A DNA stretch of 64,000 nucleotides from a virus (taxonomy: Duplodnaviria; Caudoviricetes): the IMG/VR virus record IMGVR_UViG_3300020577_014021. The stretch is one strand, 5' to 3'. Made by a program: the position numbers and the translations under genes. Positions 20,668 to 27,995 of this stretch are shown in pieces. Each line of letters opens with the position of its first letter. The first letter of the stretch is position 1. Under the pieces are notes generated by a model that saw only the letters and a list, made by a program, of their open reading frames with translations, was not told where the DNA came from and searched no databases.

Positions 20668-20910
20668 GTGTTGGACCTTATTAAAGAAGGCGAAACGCTA
20701 TCTTCCGATGAGATACAAAAAAGGGTAAAAGATGCAGGTATAGATGTGGAAGAGACAACTGTTACTGCTACCTTATCCACTTTAGTGAATACTAAAAAAG
20801 TTCTAACAAAACCTGATAGAGGAATTTTCCATCGGCCTGTTATTAATTCAGACGTGACAGTCGATAATGATGAGAATATATTTACAATAAAGGAGAATCA
20901 AGATGATTAA
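20668..20910 (+). pseudogene. winged-HTH protein, N-terminally truncated
   Basis: Aligns to the C-terminal half of 25406-25804 (EGET.S..EI..R...LS.L...RG.FHRP). Confidence 0.7.
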
Positions 20911-21009
20911 AATTAAAAGAAGAATTGCATTGCGCCAAACCAGCAGAAGAATATAGCGCAGAATAGGAATCGGATTGACCTTGAGCTGCGCTACAACATA
21001 AATAAAATA

Positions 21010-21050
21010 CCACACTTGCGCTTAACTTTGCAGGGAAAACGCAAGTGTGG
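21010..21050. repeat. 11-bp perfect inverted repeat (hairpin)
   Basis: CCACACTTGCG ... CGCAAGTGTGG. Confidence 0.7.
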
Positions 21051-21074
21051 AAAGTCCAGTCATAAAAATAAAAA

Positions 21075-21142
21075 GGGGCGTGGTTAGGTGCCGGCGTTGA
21101 ACTTGAGACTCTACTCCAGGGTTTCGATACCCCTACGCTCCA
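21075..21142 (+). ncRNA. tRNA-like / tmRNA tRNA-domain-like small RNA
   Basis: Acceptor stem GGGGCGT/ACGCTCC-A with G3:U70; T arm with TTCGATA loop; no D stem. Confidence 0.45.
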
Positions 21143-21158
21143 TATTTTATTTTTCTAG

Positions 21159-21187
21159 ATTATACTTCAACATTTAACAAGTGTCAA
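21159..21187 (-). promoter_or_regulatory. consensus sigma70 promoter divergent from the transposase
   Basis: TTGACA-N17-TATAAT perfect match. Confidence 0.7.
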
Positions 21188-21282
21188 TTAAATTAGTTAA
21201 CATTCGTTATATTGAATCAAAAAACAATATAAAAATTATAGGATAATGATAGTTGATATCAAATGCTATCATGATAAGTAGC

Positions 21283-22029
21283 ATGGCAAATGTATTAAAT
21301 ACTGATAAGCAAATCTTAATTATTCATTTATTGGTTGAAGGTGTGAGCACTCGAGCTATTGAACGGATAACAGGTGTTCATCACGATACTGTTATAAAGT
21401 TAGGTCTAAGAATAGGTCAGCAATGCCATTTAATGCTCGACAAAAAAATGATGAATATTGAAAGCAACAAAATTCAGGTTGATGAGATTTGGGGCTTTAT
21501 CAAAAAGAAGCAAAAGAACGTTAATCCTAATGAAGAAAAAGTTGGAGACGCGTGGACATTTGTAGCAATGGACGCTGAATCTAAATTAGTACCTTGTTTT
21601 AGGGTTGGTAAACGCGATGCTGAGACAGCAAACGCATTCATTGGTGATTTAGCAGCCCGTTTGAAAAACCGTGTTCAAATTTCCAGTGATGGTCTTAAGG
21701 CCTATATTGAGGCTGTTGAAAAAGCTTTTGGTACTGAAGTAGACTATGCTCAAACTGTCAAAACGCATCCTGCTTCTAAAAAATCATTAACAGAAACTTC
21801 GCCCGATATTGCTGAGCAGAACAATAAAGAAACTAAAATAGAAAAAGCTATTATTATTGGTAATCCTGTTTTTGGTGATATTTCAACGTCTTTAATTGAA
21901 CGGCAAAATTTAACAATGCGAATGCATTCTAGGCGTTTGACTCGACTAACAAATGCCTTTAGTAAAAAACTTGAGAACTTTGAGGCCGCTATGGCTCTTC
22001 ACTTCGCTTATTATAATTTTGTAAGAATT
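21283..22029 (+). pseudogene. IS1-family transposase, 5' part (interrupted)
   Basis: DEIWGF..SDG..ERQNLTMRM..RRLTRLTNAFSKK motifs; reading frame broken by the inserted element at 22030. Confidence 0.9.
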
Positions 22030-22079
22030 GGTCATGTCCTAATTTGAACATATATAATATTTGACAAGTCCACATTTTT

Positions 22080-22763
22080 ATGCATGTATCGCTGAAGGCA
22101 GGTAATCTTGATCTTTATCGATCAACTTCCAATTCTCAAATTCTTAATCTATACTATAATATGACATTACAAGGAAATGCATCACCCGCTCAATTGCTCG
22201 CAGAAGTTGATAAGATTGATGAAGATCCTAATTGCAAAGATAAAGATAAAATAGATGACGGAAAAGCGTCTTTTGTATTTGAAGAAATTAAAGAACGCTT
22301 AAAAAGTATCCTTGAATCTTCAGATACTATTGACAAAAAGATCCATAATTTCATCCTTTTAAAAGTAGCAATAATAGGATTGTTTACAGGTGCTTTATTC
22401 AAGCCAATTCCTAATAGCGCAAGCATAATGCCAGAGATGAACGAGCTTAATATAAGTATCATTGTGTTTATTGGAATATTAACGGTTGGTTTAATACAAT
22501 TGGTCTTGGCTCTTTCCCCTAAAAAATATTTTGTAACAGGAAGCTCTCCGCAAGAAATCTACAAAAAATCCATTTTAGAAAAAAATCTTAAAGCTATTAA
22601 AATATCTCTTGGAGCATCTTATCAAGAAAGAATAGATTTGGCTGAAGAAAATCAAAGATATAAAGTCAAAAAACTCAAATTTTCACTATATGTATTAATA
22701 ATTGATTTCGTGTTTCTGGCTTTGTCTCCACTTTTATTTTTTCTTAAGAGTCGATTTTTCTAG
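22080..22763 (+). CDS. membrane protein (about 3 TM), element cargo
   Basis: Three hydrophobic segments. Confidence 0.6.
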   Translation: MHVSLKAGNLDLYRSTSNSQILNLYYNMTLQGNASPAQLLAEVDKIDEDPNCKDKDKIDDGKASFVFEEIKERLKSILESSDTIDKKIHNFILLKVAIIGLFTGALFKPIPNSASIMPEMNELNISIIVFIGILTVGLIQLVLALSPKKYFVTGSSPQEIYKKSILEKNLKAIKISLGASYQERIDLAEENQRYKVKKLKFSLYVLIIDFVFLALSPLLFFLKSRFF

Positions 22764-22916
22764 ATGAGAGATATTTTCTATAACTTTATAATTAGATCCC
22801 ACTTGTGCCAACGTGTTAGGGTCTAGTTCCTGAAGTTTTTCGATTATGAAATCCAATTTATTATTGATTTGCTCTTGAAAATCTTTATTTCCTTTTTCTT
22901 TACAAGAGTCGCTCAT
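22734..22916 (-). CDS. small hypothetical protein
   Basis: 60-aa ORF. Confidence 0.3.
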   Translation of the reverse strand: MSDSCKEKGNKDFQEQINNKLDFIIEKLQELDPNTLAQVGSNYKVIENISHLEKSTLKKK

Positions 22917-22969
22917 AAGTTAAGTCAGAATATCGTTCATTAGTTTTTCTGTAAAGACAAAAAATCAAA

Positions 22970-23578
22970 TTATTTCTCTGCTGCAATCTGTGCCTGACAC
23001 TCCCTGATAACTCTTTCCTTGCCGAGGTTCTGTTTGATGATGTTGCAAATGTTGACCACATGTTGTTTTCTTTCATCGTAATCATACCATTTATCCAACT
23101 TGTGTTTTTCATTGGCACTACTGCCATACAAGGTTCTAGCAAATTCAACTTGCATATCTTTCGGGGAAGTTCCTGTATAAGTAATGACTTGGCGCGCTAT
23201 CCATGAATCGCGCCACCAATTAGATTTTTTTAACAAGGAAAAATATTGGTCACCTAAATGACATACTCCTACAGCTTCGTACTCCATCACATTTTTAAAG
23301 GCTTTTTTCATGTAAGAAGCCATTTTGTTCTGCATGGCTTGGATGAATTTGTCTTCATTGGCATTTTTTCCAGGGTTCCCGATTTTTATAGTAATCCTGT
23401 CGATATCTTCACAATTGCCGGCGTCATACGCAAATACATCAACAATTCCTTGAATGTCTTTTGTCCATAATGGATCTGCATTAATTATATTTACATAAGA
23501 AGCGTAATCTATTTCTTTTTCTTCAGCAAACAGCTGAAATGCCAAAGTTAAATTTAAAACAAAGATCACCTTTCTCAT
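22970..23578 (-). CDS. secreted protein, element core
   Basis: Signal peptide MRKVIFVLNLTLAFQLFAEEKE; homolog of 27356-27967. Confidence 0.7.
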   Translation of the reverse strand: MRKVIFVLNLTLAFQLFAEEKEIDYASYVNIINADPLWTKDIQGIVDVFAYDAGNCEDIDRITIKIGNPGKNANEDKFIQAMQNKMASYMKKAFKNVMEYEAVGVCHLGDQYFSLLKKSNWWRDSWIARQVITYTGTSPKDMQVEFARTLYGSSANEKHKLDKWYDYDERKQHVVNICNIIKQNLGKERVIRECQAQIAAEK

Positions 23579-23699
23579 TATATATCTCCTTTTTGGGTTT
23601 AAATGGAGGTCTTAGTAGCAAGTTATGCGGCCGATTACAACAAAGGGGTCAAATTGGAGGTTTAATTAATAGGTGATTTTCTTGAAGTCATAACACTTC

Positions 23700-23978
23700 A
23701 TGAAACCATCAGCTAAACGTTTTGCTCAACAACTCCAATGTTTGGCTGCCAATATTAAAAGGCTGCGAAAAAAATCTAACTTAACCCAGATGCAATTGGC
23801 TGAAGTGGTTGATATTGAATTAAAATACCTTCAAAAACTGGAGTCTGGCAGAAAAAACCCAAGTATAGCCATTGTCTTAGCTATAGCTGAGGCCTTTAAA
23901 GTAGACTTGGGTGAACTATTTCTAGATATACCACTGGTTAAGCAAAAAACTGGTAGACCTAAAAAATTAACTCTTTGA
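23700..23978 (+). CDS. XRE-family HTH regulator
   Basis: NIK.LR...LTQ.QLAE...YLQKLESG..NPS. Confidence 0.9.
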   Translation: MKPSAKRFAQQLQCLAANIKRLRKKSNLTQMQLAEVVDIELKYLQKLESGRKNPSIAIVLAIAEAFKVDLGELFLDIPLVKQKTGRPKKLTL

Positions 23979-24257
23979 TTTATCTTTATTTTGACTTACA
24001 ATAGCAGCTTGAACTGCCCTTAAGGGGCTATTAATAGGTGGGATATCTAAGACAGTTACAAACTGTTGATCACCTTCATCATCTATATACTGCCAAGCAT
24101 AACATTTATTTGTTTTAGGGTGGTCAATTAATGTAAAAACCTCTACTTTACCTTCCCAGACAGTTTGGCCTTTGAAAGTTTCTTTGACTGTTACAGTTTT
24201 TAAATAGGTAGCTTTGCAATGATGAAGCTCTTCAATGATTTCTTTAATTTCATCCAC
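23967..24257 (-). CDS. conserved IS1-associated hypothetical protein
   Basis: H.C..T...V.E.F.GQ.VWEG.VEVF.L..HPK..CYAW..VL..PP..S...AV; homolog of 26672-26962. Confidence 0.7.
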   Translation of the reverse strand: MDEIKEIIEELHHCKATYLKTVTVKETFKGQTVWEGKVEVFTLIDHPKTNKCYAWQYIDDEGDQQFVTVLDIPPINSPLRAVQAAIVSQNKDKSKS

Positions 24258-24272
24258 AACAGCTATTTTATA

Positions 24273-25103
24273 TCATAATTCTAACAAATCTCCAATTTCC
24301 CATAAACGATCTGTAATCCCAGCCTCCATAGCAGGGGTCACTCGTAAAGTATAATGTATATTTACAAAATTATAACAGGCAAAATATAAACCAATGGACG
24401 CTTCAAAATTCTCATACTTTTTGCTGAAGCCATTGGTCTTACGCGTTAAACGCCTATTGTTTATGCGCATCGTCAGGTTTTGACGTTCAATCAAAGAAGT
24501 CGAAATGTCTTTCTCAATAGGGTTGCCAATGACAATCGTCTTTTCAACGTTAACTTTTTTATCGTCCTGTTTTTCGACTCCGGCTTCTAAAGCATCAACA
24601 CCTTTTTTCTTCTTGGCATAGGTTTTAACAACTTGCGCATACTCTACTTCTTCGCCAAATCCATTTTCAACAGCTTCAATATATGCAGGAAGCCCGTCAC
24701 TGGAAAGTTGTACTCGGCTCGTTAAACGGCCTACCAAGTCGGCAATAAAAGCGTTAGCATTTTCTCCATCTCGTTTGCCAATTCTATAGCAGGGTACCAG
24801 CTTAGTCTCCGGATCCATGGCCACAAACGTCCAAACACTGCCGACTTTTTCTTCGCCCGGTTTAACGTTTTTCTCTTTTTTCTTAACAAAACCCCAAATC
24901 TCATCGACTTGAATTTTATTGCTTTTGATGTTTTTCATGGTCTTATCGAGCATTTGCTGGCATTTTTGACCAACCTTGACCCCTAATCGCATAATGGTAT
25001 CACGATGAATATGTAGTGTTCCTTCAATAGCGCGAATACTTGCGCCCTTAGCTAATAAATGGATAACTTTGATTTGTTTATCTTTATTTAAAACATAGAC
25101 CAT
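24273..25103 (-). CDS. IS1-family DDE transposase (intact)
   Basis: DEIWGF, SDG, ERQNLTMR and TPAMEAG motifs; start 25103 by alignment with the other copy. Confidence 0.92.
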   Translation of the reverse strand: MVYVLNKDKQIKVIHLLAKGASIRAIEGTLHIHRDTIMRLGVKVGQKCQQMLDKTMKNIKSNKIQVDEIWGFVKKKEKNVKPGEEKVGSVWTFVAMDPETKLVPCYRIGKRDGENANAFIADLVGRLTSRVQLSSDGLPAYIEAVENGFGEEVEYAQVVKTYAKKKKGVDALEAGVEKQDDKKVNVEKTIVIGNPIEKDISTSLIERQNLTMRINNRRLTRKTNGFSKKYENFEASIGLYFACYNFVNIHYTLRVTPAMEAGITDRLWEIGDLLEL

Positions 25104-25203
25104 AATAGTTATTATGATAGATGAACAATTACCTATCATTCTTTTCTTGCTATAATTTTGATGTAATTCTACCGTTTAGTGAAAGAAATATTCACTAATG
25201 GGG

Positions 25204-25232
25204 TTGACAAGGGGATGTAATGAGGATATAAA
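25204..25232 (+). promoter_or_regulatory. sigma70 promoter divergent from the transposase
   Basis: TTGACA-N17-TATAAA; same relative position as 21159-21187. Confidence 0.6.
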
Positions 25233-25405
25233 AAATGCCGGATCTACCAATATGCCTCTGCCACGATTTATATTGGGATTTCTAATGCGCTTAATAACTT
25301 GAAGTGCTCCGGCGGTAAAAATCAAGGCGCACAGGTTATTGTTTGCATCCTCATTGAATAAGTTATTATTTTATTTCTTATCATAGTCATCGTGATTCTC
25401 CTTTT

Positions 25406-25804
25406 TTAAATTTGTTCCTTAGTATCAACCACTTGCTCAGAACTCAATGGTCGATGAAAAAGACCTCGGCCAGCCTTTTGAATAGCTCCTTTATTTCTAA
25501 ACAGAGAGGATAAAGCTGAGATAATCACTCCTTTTTCAAGTTCTAAACCTTTAACTTTTGCTCTACTTTCAATCTCTGCCAGAGAAATAGTTTCTCCTTC
25601 TTGTATGAGCTCTAAAATTTCATTTTGTATGCTTCCTGTGCGTTTTTTAAAATTATCTCTGTTATGAGAAGAAATATAATCTGTGTTTTTTTTATGTCCG
25701 GAAGAATCATTGGATTCATAAGCCAGCAAAGCTGCTCTCACTTTCTTTAGCTCTGCTTCAAGTTCCATTTCAGTTTGCTTCAGTAAATCATGAATGTTTT
25801 TCAT
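25406..25804 (-). CDS. coiled-coil + winged-HTH protein
   Basis: N-terminal heptads; C-terminal wHTH ending GRGLFHRP. Confidence 0.7.
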   Translation of the reverse strand: MKNIHDLLKQTEMELEAELKKVRAALLAYESNDSSGHKKNTDYISSHNRDNFKKRTGSIQNEILELIQEGETISLAEIESRAKVKGLELEKGVIISALSSLFRNKGAIQKAGRGLFHRPLSSEQVVDTKEQI

Positions 25805-26006
25805 ATTATGAGAGATTGTATATTTTATCTGTAATTTTAAATCAAGATGTTTTCATGAAAATTACATTTTATCTATGATTTTACGGCAACACTGCGAGAT
25901 CTATGTTGATTATTGCGTGCTGGTGATATATATTGATGAGTATTCCATGTGGAGGAGATCTATCAAACTTAAAGGCCTTAAGATTGATACTCATTAAAGG
26001 AACCTA

Positions 26007-26336
26007 ATGTACAAGAAAATTTTTATCGATGCGATATTTAATAAGAAGCTGATTGAGCTATCGTTTTTTTCAAAAGAAGATGGATGCGTTATCACACGCA
26101 AATGCGCGCCCATGGATTTTGGACAAAGCAGAAGATTTAAAGACAATATTGAACGCTATCACGTATGGGACTATTTCCCTGACGGAGGAAGAAAACCTCA
26201 TCCAATTCTTATTGAGCCTGAAAACGTTAAATCAATGAAAATTCTAGACCAATTATTTGATCCAAAAGATTTCGTTACCTGGAATTTAAATATAAATCCT
26301 TGGCACGTGCGTAGAGATTGGGGTCAATATTCATAA
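26007..26336 (+). CDS. WYL-like domain protein
   Basis: AI..K..I.L.F....R.C.P..FG..Y..WD..I..M.IL...F pattern. Confidence 0.55.
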   Translation: MYKKIFIDAIFNKKLIELSFFSKEDGCVITRKCAPMDFGQSRRFKDNIERYHVWDYFPDGGRKPHPILIEPENVKSMKILDQLFDPKDFVTWNLNINPWHVRRDWGQYS

Positions 26337-26487
26337 TTTTGTCATATAACCACGATGCCTGCTCGTATGATAATTCAATACTGTCTTCAGGTTCTGGGTT
26401 GGGGCCACCAAAAGAAAGTAACCATGCCACTCTGTCTTTAAGGTGGACTTCAACCAATATCGGAGGAGAAACTAATGTGTTTTTCAT
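26275..26487 (-). CDS. small hypothetical protein, homolog of phage gene 53367-53612
   Basis: Shared PP..W.LSFGG..P..D.IEL...Q..W..DKI. Confidence 0.6.
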   Translation of the reverse strand: MKNTLVSPPILVEVHLKDRVAWLLSFGGPNPEPEDSIELSYEQASWLYDKIMNIDPNLYARAKDLYLNSR

Positions 26488-26569
26488 GCATATATTATAA
26501 GTTGCAATGCATAAAAAATAAACCTGTCAAGCGTTTTTTATAGTTAAATTAGGACATGACCTAAGAATT

Positions 26570-26665
26570 CATATGTCCTTACGCGTTACACCAGCCATGG
26601 AAGCAGGTTTAACAAACCATGTGTGGAAAGTTGTAGATTTAATAGAACATTATGATAAAACATAA
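26570..26665 (+). pseudogene. IS1-family transposase, displaced 3' end
   Basis: HMSLRVTPAMEAGLTNHVWKVVDLIEHYDKT* continues the 21283 frame once the insert and one TSD copy are removed. Confidence 0.9.
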
Positions 26666-26671
26666 AATGTA

Positions 26672-26962
26672 ATGGATCATCTTAAAGAAATAGTTAAAAA
26701 ACTTCATCATTGTGAATCAACATACTTAAAATCTGTTCTAGTAAAAGAAGTCTTTCAAAATCAAATAGTTTGGGAAGGACAAGTTGAAGTATTTTCATTA
26801 ATTAATCACCCTAAAACAGATAAATGTTATGTTTGGGAGTATATTGATGACGAAGGCGATCAACAATTTGTAACAGTTTTAGGGATTCCGCCCGTAGATT
26901 CCGCCCAAAAAGCAGTTCAAGTGGCTATTGCTAATCAATTTAAGAATAAATTAAAGGCTTAA
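26672..26962 (+). CDS. conserved IS1-associated hypothetical protein
   Basis: Close homolog of 23967-24257. Confidence 0.7.
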   Translation: MDHLKEIVKKLHHCESTYLKSVLVKEVFQNQIVWEGQVEVFSLINHPKTDKCYVWEYIDDEGDQQFVTVLGIPPVDSAQKAVQVAIANQFKNKLKA

Positions 26963-27234
26963 CTGTTTTTCTTAGGCCTGCCCCTCTTCTGTCTTATAAG
27001 TGGAATATCAACGAATAAATCGTCTAATTTTATTTTAAAATAATCTGCTACTGCCAACGCAACAGCTATGCTTGGATTTACTTGCCCTGATTCTAGCTTC
27101 TGTAAGTATTTGAATTCTATATCAACTTTTTCAGACAACTGCATTTGAGTAAGTTTAGCTTCTAATCTCAGTTTCCTTATATTGGCTGATAGTAATTTCA
27201 AATGTTGAGAATAACGGCTGGCAGAAGGTTTCAT
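26959..27234 (-). CDS. XRE-family HTH regulator
   Basis: Close homolog of 23700-23978. Confidence 0.9.
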   Translation of the reverse strand: MKPSASRYSQHLKLLSANIRKLRLEAKLTQMQLSEKVDIEFKYLQKLESGQVNPSIAVALAVADYFKIKLDDLFVDIPLIRQKRGRPKKNS

Positions 27235-27355
27235 TAAGCATGATCAGTCTTAAAGAATCCGATCACAAATAAAACCTCGAATTCGGTCCATTACATTGAA
27301 ATCGACTGAAAGCTTTGCTAGTCAGTATAAAATTGGACCTATTTGGAGGCTTTTA

Positions 27356-27967
27356 ATGAAAAAAATAATATTTATTTTAAATTTAATTTTGGTATTTCAG
27401 CTTTTTGCTGAGGAAAAAGAAGAAGATTATTCAAAATATCTAGAATTTATAAAATCAGATTTTGATTGGGAAGGAGTTAACAGATTTTCAGATATATTTG
27501 AATACGAATTCAATAAATGTAATAGAATGCTGCGAATTACTTATCTCGTTAAGTATCGTTTTGACGTAAAAGATGAACAAGCTTTAGTAAATAAACTTCA
27601 AGAATTTCATCAGAAAACAACTAAACAAATGGCAATTGATCATTATAAAAATTCTCCTTCCGGAGAATTAGTAGGGCAATGTTTAGTTGATAATGAAAAA
27701 TTCTTTCTACATAAAATTAGCGGAAATACAGCTGTTAAATGGAAAATTTTTCAGTGGATTGCATATCATTCGACTGATCCTGCCAATTTTACAATATTTC
27801 AATCTAGTGTCCAATTTCCTTGGGGAAAACAAAAATTAGAAATTAATCAGATGAGAAACTACGCAGAAAGAGGCGAACAAGCCAAAATCATCTGTAAAAA
27901 AACAAGTAGGGCTCTTGATTTAGAAGATATTATTCAAATTTGTCGCCGACAACTTAATGCAAATTAA
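27356..27967 (+). CDS. secreted protein, element core
   Basis: GGAGG RBS; signal peptide MKKIIFILNLILVFQLFAEEKE; Cys spacing conserved with 22970-23578. Confidence 0.7.
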   Translation: MKKIIFILNLILVFQLFAEEKEEDYSKYLEFIKSDFDWEGVNRFSDIFEYEFNKCNRMLRITYLVKYRFDVKDEQALVNKLQEFHQKTTKQMAIDHYKNSPSGELVGQCLVDNEKFFLHKISGNTAVKWKIFQWIAYHSTDPANFTIFQSSVQFPWGKQKLEINQMRNYAERGEQAKIICKKTSRALDLEDIIQICRRQLNAN

Positions 27968-27995
27968 TAGATGGAAGAGGGATATTTAAACATTC

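Larger units (their letters stand above)
22030..26561. mobile_element. inner IS1-family cargo transposon (4532 bp, intact ends)
   Basis: Perfect 16-bp IRs GGTCATGTCCTAATTT (22030-22045, 26546-26561); 8-bp TSD TAAGAATT (22022-22029, 26562-26569). Confidence 0.93.

Noticed and set aside
21253-22047. Intact 264-aa transposase as listed in the ORF track
   Set aside because: Its last residues (GHVLI) come from the inserted IR; the true 3' end is at 26570-26665.
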